In this document: positions 24,744 through 36,035 of the stretch, in pieces
How the letters are laid out: every line of letters begins with the position of its first letter
How positions within the stretch are numbered: the first letter of the stretch is position 1
Source: Octopus bimaculoides
Lineage: Eukaryota
DNA length: 41,829 nucleotides
Reading direction: 5' to 3'
Assembly (NCBI RefSeq): GCF_001194135.2
Contig: NC_068984.1
Location: 62,007,304-62,049,132 of the forward strand
Notes under the pieces: model-generated
Databases searched by the model: none
Seen by the model: only the letters and a program-made list of their open reading frames with translations
Told to the model about the DNA's origin: nothing
Made by a program: the position numbers and the translations under genes

Positions 24744-24867
24744 TAGAAAGTCTCAGTTGTCAGAACGTTGCAGGGAAAGGTCTGAGGCAACCAGTTGATG
24801 AAGTACTCTTCTATTCGTAATGTTATTACTAATCGAAACTGTTACAATTTGAACAGATTACGAGCAA

Positions 24868-24979
24868 TATGTTGAATATTTGAGAAGTTCTATACTATGT
24901 TAACTATTTTAGAATTTCTATACTATGTTGAATATTTGAGAAGTTCTAGACTATGTTGAATATTTGAGAAGTTCCATAC
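24868..24979. repeat. 28-bp minisatellite, 4 copies
   Basis: Unit tatgttgaatatttgagaagttctatac at 24868, 24896 (diverged), 24924 and 24952. Confidence 0.92.
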
Positions 24980-25680
24980 TTCTTTGGCGATGTACACTAC
25001 TACGTGAATGACATACACTCGTTCTTTGGAAGTTATTGAAAATCGATAAATATTGCTACGTATACCTTAATGCTGAAGCATAGTACAGTATTATTGACAA
25101 ATGTTGCGATAAATATATCGGAACGTTTGTCAATAATAGCATCATATTATAGTATGGATGTTGTAGGTAGTTTATATAGATAAGACGTGAATAAGTTACT
25201 GTCCCTAACTATGTAGTCTTTTCATATATCTACTATTAGGTTGTACAACATAACCCATTCTTTATTTAAAACACTAATTGTGCTAATTGAGGGAGGTATG
25301 ATTACTAACTTATAGAAGTTCGAGTGAGTGCATGTAATATTTCTGGTTGGTTTCATTAAGAAGCTCTCAAGAAACAAAGTTATCATGTTTTCATTTCGGT
25401 ACGAAAATAGTCAGGATTTATATTGACATCCCGTAACATTCCATTTTATTAACCCAGGTCATTGTTGTGCTTAGCGAGTGAACTTAATAATCTCTCGGAA
25501 CACATGGCATGCTTCATGCGTTTCAAAAATTATTTTTGTTTATCCATGAGTAACTACAGAGTTAAACTACAGAGTAACTACAATAACTACAGAGAAAAAC
25601 GACATAATTCTTCTCCAATGAAAGAAGTAATTATTTGACATATCAGGAAGTTGCACATAATTGTTATGCACGATTCCAGC

Positions 25681-25885
<205 letters not shown>

Positions 25886-25886
25886 T

Positions 25887-26030
25887 TTCGAGAATTACAT
25901 GGAACAAATAGGGGTTGCAATAAGGGTGGAGCACTTGCAGAAAACAGCACTGCTTGGAACGGCTCGAATACTCCGGAAGGTGCTCGGAAAATAAGAAGTG
26001 TTACCTTAGTTCACTGGTAATGAATAGATG
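25887..26030 (+). mobile_element. 3' end of an R4/Dong-like (restriction-like endonuclease) non-LTR retrotransposon
   Basis: FENYMEQIGVAIRVEHLQKTALLGTARILRKVLGK* (25887-25994). LQKxALLGTARILRKVL is the characteristic C-terminus of R4/Dong-clade proteins. It begins directly after (AAT)n. Confidence 0.8.
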
Positions 26031-26222
26031 ACATTTTTTTGTGGGGGAGGGGACTAGTCACTTACATCGACCCCAGTATTTCACTAGTACTTAATTTATT
26101 GGCCCAGAAAAGATGAAAGGCAAAGTCGATCTCGGCAATATTTGAATTTAGAAGGTAGCAACGAGCGAAATAACGCTAAGCATTACACCTGGCGTGATAA
26201 CGATACCGCCAGCTACCTGCCA
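26031..26222 (-). mobile_element. tRNA-type SINE (same family as 21860-22340)
   Basis: Minus strand reads ctggcaggtagctggcggtatcgttatcacgccagg...gatcgactttgcctttcatc...actggggtcgatgtaag. Confidence 0.85.
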
Positions 26223-26223
26223 G

Positions 26224-26325
26224 AATAATAATAATAATAATAATAATAATGAGGATGATGATAGTGATAATGATGATGATGAAAAGGATGATGGTGATAA
26301 CAACAGCAGCAACAAAAACAACAAT
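26224..26325. repeat. Compound trinucleotide repeat (AAT)n-(GAT)n-(AAC/AGC)n
   Basis: Direct reading. Confidence 0.9.
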
Positions 26326-26579
26326 ATTAAGGGTCCAAAGAAATCAGAGGTTCTCTTGAAATTATCCCGAGAAAACAAGTATATACGAAATCCAATAAAT
26401 AATAAGAAACAGCCAGATTTACACTCAATGTACTTACAATCTATACTCCTCAAAACTTCTTTTTTCTTTAGCCAAGAATGAAAATACAATAGGAACGGAA
26501 GCTGTATTGAATAATAACATTACTTTACAATGTCTGCCGTAAGTGATTGGTTGTCGCTAGGCAAGTATTTATCAAAGTA

Positions 26580-26632
26580 AAAGTAGTAGTATCAGTTGTG
26601 GTGGTGGTAGTGGTGGTGGTGGTGGTGGTGGA

Positions 26633-26681
<49 letters not shown>

Positions 26682-26735
26682 AGAAGAAGAAGGAGGAGGA
26701 GGTGGAGGAGAAAGAGAAGAAGAAGAGGAAGAAGG
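26580..26735. repeat. Compound microsatellite (GTG)n-(GTA)n-(GAA/GAG)n
   Basis: Direct reading. Confidence 0.95.
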
Positions 26736-28428
26736 TATATTTTAAACAATTTGATCCGTAACAAAAGTCATAAAAAAGAAATATATTGATGAATATACGC
26801 AATAACAATATAGATTTGAAAGATATACTGTGGTGTCCATTGATGAAATAGCCGCTGACGTAGTGAGGTTTTGTATGTAATTTCGTTGACCACAGAGTAA
26901 ATATAAATTTCAATATTGAATAGTAATATATATTGACTCGCAATGCTGGATAATGTTATATAGCGCGTTATATAGAGAGAAAACGGTTTCCTACCAGTTT
27001 TCATGAAATATTTCTAATCGCTAAATCTAAAAATATTGATACTGCCAATTTTCTTTTGTTACTTTTAAAATCAATATTCCTATCTAAGAAAGGTTAATGT
27101 GTACAATACATATTCCATTTATTCATTGATAATTTTCGTTTAAATAGAAGGTAATATTCCATACCGGCTGCACGGATGAACACTATCTCACTCTGCGACC
27201 TCTTTTTTTATAGTTATGAACATTTTCATAGTAGTGATTTGCTAATGCAATGGTTACTGCGGATTTTACTCATTCGTTTATGTTATCAGTAAGCACTAAC
27301 ATGTTAAAGGGCTGCAACCTAAAGCGCTTGCTCTTTAGTGTAATCAAATGAAGAATGTTCCCGATATGCCATTCATAAATTTCTAAATAGGAAATTTGAT
27401 TATGCTCTCGTATATGGCAGGTAATGCATGAACGTTTTAAGAGTATTTTATGAACGATAAATGAACCATTAGCGAACTTCTATAGCATTTCAAACATGTA
27501 TTCGTCCATTGTAACCGTCTTAATGAGTATATGGCTACTGGAACCCATTTACACTTTGCTTTGTATAAAATTACCCATTTAATTTCCTATAGAGATGTTG
27601 ACTTTGTAATCTCCTTTATTTTATATATTGTCATTCATGAATATATTTTCACGCGCGTAGAGTCAATTTGATGAGATATTTCTTGCTACTAAGTAAACCT
27701 TGCGCTTATTATATTATAGTAGTTATAAGCAAGGACAAGTTTAATATTAATTATCCTTGCATATAATACACCTGAAAACCGCATTTTCTAAATGGGGAAA
27801 ATAGATAGCTTTGATTAAATTTAGGGATTATTCTGAGAAGCTTAAGTGAAAAGCTTACACACACATGCATAGACATTATTAAACAATTTTTAAGCTCCCG
27901 TAAAATACAAGAATGTCTTGTATAGATGTGAAAGGTCACACATACTTTATACAACAACTAGCATTTTATTTTAAAGGCACGTAGGCTCCATTTTCACACC
28001 TCGTTTTGTCCTTAAATAAGGGCTTTCACTAAACACGTTTCTCTAAACTCTTTAACTGTATACGTGTAACAGCAAGGATTTGGTAATCTTCTCTCCCTCC
28101 GACTTTGACGTTCAGGATGTTATACTAGGAGGGGCGAGTGTGTAAATAACTGCCTGTAACTCCATAGACGCTTGAAACAATTACCAAAAACATACTTCAT
28201 TCTGATATATAATGCTTGTTTCAGCGTACAGCAAATGTCGGCTGGTCAGTTTCTTTAGATAACAATAACTGATTTTATTCCTCAGAATAGTACGCATGCT
28301 ATAATTTCCATAGTTGTATCGCTTATAAGAGATTCAAGATTAAGATTATTTTGTTTAAAATCTTTCAAATATTTCTTGGGTATGCCCTTGCTCATAAATA
28401 CAATATTTCATACAATATTTCATGCAGA

Positions 28429-28535
28429 ATAGCGGCATTTCATCCGACTTTATTTTCTGAGTTCAGATAGTAGCGAGGTCGACTTTGCTATTCACCCTTA
28501 GGTGATCGATAAAATAAGCACCTGATATCCAAATT
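28429..28535 (+). mobile_element. 5'-truncated tRNA-type SINE
   Basis: agcggcatttcatccg...ttctgagttcaga...gaggtcgactttgctattcaccc...gatcgataaaataagcacc matches the family at 21860. Confidence 0.75.
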
Positions 28536-29399
28536 TGAATCCAATATGCCGTGCATCGTAATAATTAAAATAAGTAAAGCAATGCACAGTATTATATATG
28601 GCTATATTCTATCGTATAACTTAATGAACCAGCGCTGAAAATTATATGCTATAAAAAATCCTGTTAGTTATCAGTAGAATATATTCAGTAGTTATAGTAT
28701 CCAAATAAGATGAATAAAATCTTGTTTTCCTAATGTTAAAACTAAAATATTCCAGTATGTTTTTCTGAATTGCACACTCTCCCACAGATAGACACAGACT
28801 CGGACACAGACACACACACACACACGAATGTACACAAACATGCAAAAACTCACACACAAACGGACGCATATACACAAACACCCACTTACGCATATCTATA
28901 TAAAAACGAGCTTGGGGCTTGAGATAAAAGATGGTAGTAGAGCGAGATTGAGAAAGAAAGCGAGTACATGTGAGAATAAGGTTGCTTCCTTAGCATAATA
29001 TTGATAATAGTAAATATGAAGTATGCAACTGATATCTATATAAATAAACATCCACATTATAGATAGTATCCATGCATATTAAAAGGCAAACATGAAATAT
29101 ACGTTGCAAAAATCTAATAATATATAACGAAGATATATGAAACAGTTTCCTTATTACTTGTACATTTATTGATTCACAAACATCTACATGCTTCCCTTTA
29201 TTCTTTGCACTAGACGTGAGAATATATTGAGATACGTAAAGTTAATAATGTAGACATCAGCATGTAATCATGTTTTTCTTTATAGTTGATTTTTAACAGC
29301 TAAAAAGGTTTATTATATTAACTAGAGCAGCAATGTAAAGGTAATGAGCAATTGTAACCCAAGGCAATGAAGAACCCGATATATACTAATGACCGAATA

Positions 29400-29443
<44 letters not shown>

Positions 29444-29448
<5 letters not shown>

Positions 29449-30070
29449 TAAATCTTTGAGTGAGATGTAAACTGTAGCAATACAGAATCGTAACATATAA
29501 TTGCCAACCAAGTGTGGCGTCCTATACGGGACAGTGCTACTCAAGTTTGCCACCCAGAAACTCGAGTCCATGTGTATCACGTTAGTCTAGGGATGGGAGC
29601 TATGATCTCGCCTCGCTTTACTAATCGGACACAGAATGTGTGTCATTAGCCAGGTAGATGAGATATTTTGCTGGGGCTATAAACGTCAGTCACACTGTCC
29701 CGTACAGGACGCCACACTTGGCTGGCAATTATATGTTACGATTCTGTATTGCTATTGTTTAAATCTCGCTCAGAGATTTAATATAGCTTAATTCTCCCTT
29801 TTCGAGATCACCGACGTTTTGTCGGTGGAAAAAGCACTTAGTATCTGGCGAATGGAGTTAGTTTTCATCACTAGCTGGTGGTTAACACACGCTGAGGAGG
29901 GGTAGCCAACCAGAAACTCGAGTCCATGTGTGTCACGTAGGGATGGGAGCGATTAGCTCCCCTCGGAATTACTAATCGAACCCAGAATGTGTGTCGTTAG
30001 CTAGCTGGAAATGATGTATTCCTGGGGTAGCACTGTACCGTATAGGACGCCACACTAGGTTAGCAATTAT
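29444..30070 (+). mobile_element. Hammerhead-bearing unit as an inverted arm plus two tandem copies (MITE-like appearance, PLE pLTR-like)
   Basis: 93-bp inverted arms at 29444-29536 and 29693-29785. The internal unit at 29549-29731 is repeated at 29905-30070. Confidence 0.85.
29885..29931 (+). ncRNA. Type I hammerhead with canonical core CUGAGGA...GAAAC, stem III palindrome ACUCGAGU, GUC site
   Basis: ACACACG CUGAGGA G GGGU AGCC AACC A GAAAC UCGA GU C CAUGUGU. Stem I pairs 6 of 7. The sister copy at 29549 has ACCC, which completes stem II. Confidence 0.8.
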
Positions 30071-30903
30071 ATATATATATATATATATATATNNNNNNNN
30101 NNNNNNNNNNNNNNNNNNNNNNNNNNNNNNNNNNNNNNNNNNNNNNNNNNNNNNNNNNNNNNNNNNNNNNNNNNNNNNNNNNNNNNNNNNNNNNNNNNNN
30201 NNNNNNNNNNNNNNNNNNNNNNNNNNNNNNNNNNNNNNNNNNNNNNNNNNNNNNNNNNNNNNNNNNNNNNNNNNNNNNNNNNNNNNNNNNNNNNNNNNNN
30301 NNNNNNNNNNNNNNNNNNNNNNNNNNNNNNNNNNNNNNNNNNNNNNNNNNNNNNNNNNNNNNNNNNNNNNNNNNNNNNNNNNNNNNNNNNNNNNNNNNNN
30401 NNNNNNNNNNNNNNNNNNNNNNNNNNNNNNNNNNNNNNNNNNNNNNNNNNNNNNNNNNNNNNNNNNNNNNNNNNNNNNNNNNNNNNNNNNNNNNNNNNNN
30501 NNNNNNNNNNNNNNNNNNNNNNNNNNNNNNNNNNNNNNNNNNNNNNNNNNNNNNNNNNNNNNNNNNNNNNNNNNNNNNNNNNNNNNNNNNNNNNNNNNNN
30601 NNNNNNNNNNNNNNNNNNNNNNNNNNNNNNNNNNNNNNNNNNNNNNNNNNNNNNNNNNNNNNNNNNNNNNNNNNNNNNNNNNNNNNNNNNNNNNNNNNNN
30701 NNNNNNNNNNNNNNNNNNNNNNNNNNNNNNNNNNNNNNNNNNNNNNNNNNNNNNNNNNNNNNNNNNNNNNNNNNNNNNNNNNNNNNNNNNNNNNNNNNNN
30801 NNNNNNNNNNNNNNNNNNNNNNNNNNNNNNNNNNNNNNNNNNNNNNNNNNNNNNNNNNNNNNNNNNNNNNNNNNNNNNNNNNNNNNNNNNNNNNNNNNNN
30901 NNN

Positions 30904-31017
30904 CGTAGGCTCGAAACGTTAAAGACTTTTTCACCTCCCGAGCGTTAAAATAATACATCTGTTTGTTGTCTACACCAGTTCTCTTCGTCTTTTGTTTTTT
31001 TTTCAGTGAATTCTCCC
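30904..31017 (+). mobile_element. PLE pseudo-LTR, same family as 4567-4694; 5' part lost in the gap; includes the 3' half of a hammerhead
   Basis: cgtaggctc GAAAC GTT AAAGA ctttttcacctcccgagcgtt...cttcgtc...gaattctccc-(TA)n. Confidence 0.85.
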
Positions 31018-32566
31018 TATATATATATATATCAGGAATGTATCCTTGAATTAATTTTTGTTGACATTTTATTAATGACTAAAAATATAGTATAGAATAT
31101 AGTCTCTAACGTTGCTAACATATTGCTACAGGTGTTCCAAGGACTGCCTTTATCAATTAACATGCTACATAGATTTTAAAATAAACAAATTACCAAGTAT
31201 GTCTTTTTTAAAAAGACATATCGCAATATAGATTTGGATTAACTAACGAAACGTGATGAAATATTAAATCATTCAACAAACCGATTTGAAATCAACTTAA
31301 CCAATCATTAGGATATTTGGAATTTAAATATAATACTAAAAAAATGGAAATCGGCCTTACAATCTCGATTGATTTTATGAATTTATCAAATGATGAGTGC
31401 AAACCCTAGTTTGAGGAAGAAAAAAAAACATTGACATCTTGTAACCGAGCGTACATCCGTTCTAAAATTAAAGCAAGGTCCGACAGGTAAGGTGCAGCGT
31501 TCAGAAACGAACAGAGGTGACAATGAACTCAACACCATCTGCTTATTTTCCGTCTACTTAATTGCCCTGATGCCGACAAAATCACCTACTCACGTTAGCT
31601 GTGCAACGTAACAGCTAAAGGGGAACTAAATGATTTCATCATGAAATTGCTGTATCTCCGTGGAATTCAAATTTATATAAGAAATAAAATAATGAATATT
31701 TAAAGACAATTCCAGGAATGTTATTGTATCTATTATTGAATCGAATTCATTTACATATTATGTTAGTAGAGTAGAAAGGTGAGAAGTGTTACTTGATTCC
31801 AGCTATTTTTTCTGAAATAACTTTAAGGTGAATCTATTTATTGAGTTAGTGAAATATAAATCAATTTGTTTATTTATTTCATTTGCACGCACTGTAATTA
31901 AATAGAAATATTTTATTTGTATTTTAAATGAATATTGACTAAACGTATATATAGGAATTACTGTTATTGCTTTGAAGTCAGCTATTTAAAATATAATGCA
32001 ATACCACATGCAAAATGTATATTTTAGAATTTTAATGTTTAAGATTTAGAACTACGGTGTATACAATTTACTAAACATATATGAACATTGAAAGATTATA
32101 TTTTTATGTCTAAATGTACACACCAGAGTAGTTAAGAATAATTAATCAGACTAAGCTTGTATCTTACTTATCAATAATCTAAATTAAGGATAATATAGGT
32201 GAGTTTCAGTTATTTATATTTTGTTAAAAATAATTTCTAAATATCTTCAAATGCATCTGAAATACTGCAGAAGTTTATAACACACATGTGATTTACTAGT
32301 TGCTTGAGAATATTACCATTTGTGCGAGCCATATACACTTAGAATAGTCACATTACAGAACTTAACGATTCTCGAGGGGTGAAAACTGAAGTCGCAGTTG
32401 TACAGAGAATACAAATTAAAATTTGTCTATATATGCACATATAAATATCATTAACATACACATGTAAATACAAATATAGGAATGTATGTGCTTAGGTATA
32501 AGTGACTCTGTATATGCTTATGTATTAATTATATAAAAGCTTACACACAAGCACATATACATATAG

Positions 32567-32597
<31 letters not shown>

Positions 32598-33507
32598 NNN
32601 NNNNNNNNNNNNNNNNNNNNNNNNNNNNNNNNNNNNNNNNNNNNNNNNNNNNNNNNNNNNNNNNNNNNNNNNNNNNNNNNNNNNNNNNNNNNNNNNNNNN
32701 NNNNNNNNNNNNNNNNNNNNNNNNNNNNNNNNNNNNNNNNNNNNNNNNNNNNNNNNNNNNNNNNNNNNNNNNNNNNNNNNNNNNNNNNNNNNNNNNNNNN
32801 NNNNNNNNNNNNNNNNNNNNNNNNNNNNNNNNNNNNNNNNNNNNNNNNNNNNNNNNNNNNNNNNNNNNNNNNNNNNNNNNNNNNNNNNNNNNNNNNNNNN
32901 NNNNNNNNNNNNNNNNNNNNNNNNNNNNNNNNNNNNNNNNNNNNNNNNNNNNNNNNNNNNNNNNNNNNNNNNNNNNNNNNNNNNNNNNNNNNNNNNNNNN
33001 NNNNNNNNNNNNNNNNNNNNNNNNNNNNNNNNNNNNNNNNNNNNNNNNNNNNNNNNNNNNNNNNNNNNNNNNNNNNNNNNNNNNNNNNNNNNNNNNNNNN
33101 NNNNNNNNNNNNNNNNNNNNNNNNNNNNNNNNNNNNNNNNNNNNNNNNNNNNNNNNNNNNNNNNNNNNNNNNNNNNNNNNNNNNNNNNNNNNNNNNNNNN
33201 NNNNNNNNNNNNNNNNNNNNNNNNNNNNNNNNNNNNNNNNNNNNNNNNNNNNNNNNNNNNNNNNNNNNNNNNNNNNNNNNNNNNNNNNNNNNNNNNNNNN
33301 NNNNNNNNNTTCCAACACTGTCTGTTTTTTATGTTTTATTTATATTCCTGCAGAACCAATGTGGGGTATAGAATATGGAATATACAATATATAATATGAA
33401 ATAAAATAAAATAAAAATGGATGGCACCATGAAAGAAAGTATTGAATGTAGATGAAATATTGAGTGTTCAATATAAAGGATCAAATATATAAATATAAAT
33501 ATATAAA

Positions 33508-33547
33508 GGCGACTCGAGTTTCAGGGCTATTTCCCTTCGTCATGGCC
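33508..33547 (-). ncRNA. Type I hammerhead motif with a 1-nt insertion in the core, stem III palindrome ACUCGAGU, GUC site
   Basis: Minus strand reads GGC C(A)UGACGA AGGG AAAUAG CCCU GAAAC UCGA GU C GCC. Confidence 0.7.
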
Positions 33548-34189
33548 GGTATGACAGACTTTTACAGACGTGTATGCGTGTATTGTTGTTCATGATGTTT
33601 TTATTCTTCTTCAGACCATTCCATTTTCCTTCTCTTCTTACCGAGCGTCAACCTAACACATTCCATGAGCGCAATCTCTGTTATTGTTATTTTTAATAAC
33701 GGAGCAGGTAAAATCCAGCTTCATGTGTTTCCTAGCTAGCAGTAATAATTACTCAACGAGAGGTAACACGCTTGCTACTAATCAGGTCTAAGATTCTTTA
33801 ATTTTATGAAGGTTGCATTGTCGTTAAGGTATCCTAAGTTTACTCGTGGGGGATGTAATCTGAAATGAGTGGTGAAGCCGGAGAAACGGAATAAAATGCA
33901 AAATGAAAAATAAATGCATGAATAAATAAAATCGTCAGTAAGGTAACTGAAGGAAAGGGTAAAATATTTGACATGAGAATTATATATATACGTATATATA
34001 CATATATATGTCTGTATGAGATATTTACAATATAAAGTTTTAAATAATGTGTGGACATAGGTACTCGTTGACAGACCACTAATACGTCATTGTATGTAGG
34101 AATTTAGACGCTCAAACATTTCATATACCCCGTCTATAATATATTTGTATCTATCACAACAAACCCAGTGATCATCTCTTGCAGTATAC

Positions 34190-34335
34190 ATATATATGTA
34201 TATATGCGTGTGTGTGTGTGCGCGTGCATGTGTGTACGTGCATACGTACACACACACACTCACACACACACACACACGCGCGCACACTCATGCACACACA
34301 CTCACACACACACGCACATATGTATGTATGTATAT
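34190..34335. repeat. Compound (TG)n/(CA)n/(TA)n microsatellite, partly self-complementary
   Basis: Direct reading. Confidence 0.95.
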
Positions 34336-36003
34336 AAATTTTGTCAAATGCGTATTTTTGTCTGAGAGAAAACATCTGATGTCTATTTACATTCTTAAAT
34401 TATTCCTAGCAGTAAGCAGATTGTGAATTTTTTGCTACAAATATCTTCATTAATATTAGTCCCTTTGTTTCTATAGTGTAGACTAGTATCGTCTTTCTGT
34501 TCTCAATCACTAGAAGTTTATTTAACTAAATTTATGTCTCCTTGGTGTGCTATAACTTCTCTACTTTGTATTGATGTTCCGGTTTATAAGAAGCGTTTCA
34601 GACGTGAAATATTTTTATGGTACGATGAAGGGATGAAAGAAGTCTTCCATTTGAAATCAACGAATTACAGTAAACAAACACATGAACAGATTCAATGGTA
34701 TTATCCCTCTGTGCGTTTAAGAAAAAGTGGTATTAACTGCTTTTGTCATTTGTATTACTTTCAGTCCATCTAATGCATGATTATACTATAGGAACAGAAC
34801 TAGTGTTATCGTAATTAATAATGGTTATCAAACTTACCATATATAGGTTATTGTATGTTATTAAATTTTAGCTACTGGAAACCAAAAGATGTTTCTTTTA
34901 TTTCATTCATATTAATATACATTTTACAATAAATATTACGTAATAGGTTGTACTGTAGATACTAACACCAATCTATGAAAAATATATAATGCTGTTTATA
35001 TAATTCATAACAAAATCATTGCAATAAGTATTCCTTGCAGCGTGGTCATTAAGTTTTGGATAGAATTATAGGGCAATGGAATAAATATCTTGTAATTCGT
35101 TTCTCATATATTGTGGCTTTTGCTGTGGTTTAGCGAAAGGTTAGATATGATTGAATCGTGTCTCATGAAAAATGATCCAGGTTTAAGAATCATGTCTAAT
35201 AGCATATGAGAAACTACTTATGTAGCTTCCCTTTTGAAGGAATTTATGTCTTAAATGTCATGATAATATTTACTAAAGCGAGTGAAGAAAAGAGACTCAT
35301 TTGCACCTACATCTTTGCTGCTTACCTACATAAACAGAAGAAAACAGAGCAAGTTGAACATAAAAATGCTCTGGCCTTTATGTAAGTTTTCACTCTCAAA
35401 GAAATATATCTTTCTAGAAGATTTGTTTATCGAGAGCTTAGTTGTCATTTGCAAACAACGTCGGTTCAAAACGTAATATGTCTTACACAAATATATTTTA
35501 TAAATCACTNNNNNNNNNNNNNNNNNNNNNNNNNNNNNNNNNNNNNNNNNNNNNNNNNNNNNNNNNNNNNNNNNNNNNNNNNNNNNNNNNNNNNNNNNNN
35601 NNNNNNNNNNNNNNNNNNNNNNNNNNNNNNNNNNNNNNNNNNNNNNNNNNNNNNNNNNNNNNNNNNNNNNNNNNNNNNNNNNNNNNNNNNNNNNNNNNNN
35701 NNNNNNNNNNNNNNNNNNNNNNNNNNNNNNNNNNNNNNNNNNNNNNNNNNNNNNNNNNNNNNNNNNNNNNNNNNNNNNNNNNNNNNNNNNNNNNNNNNNN
35801 NNNNNNNNNNNNNNNNNNNNNNNNNNNNNNNNNNNNNNNNNNNNNNNNNNNNNNNNNNNNNNNNNNNNNNNNNNNNNNNNNNNNNNNNNNNNNNNNNNNN
35901 NNNNNNNNNNNNNNNNNNNNNNNNNNNNNNNNNNNNNNNNNNNNNNNNNNNNNNNNNNNNNNNNNNNNNNNNNNNNNNNNNNNNNNNNNNNNNNNNNNNN
36001 NNN

Positions 36004-36035
<32 letters not shown>

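Noticed and set aside
24790-24850. TTGATGA...CGAAACTGTT as a hammerhead
   Set aside because: No stem I complementarity and an irregular stem II.
24868-24979. CRISPR-like 28-bp repeats
   Set aside because: Units are contiguous with no unique spacers, the context is eukaryotic and there are no cas genes.
26148-27004. Asp/Asn-rich, Thr-rich and Val/Arg-rich ORFs
   Set aside because: Compound trinucleotide microsatellites fused to a SINE; no splice or domain support.
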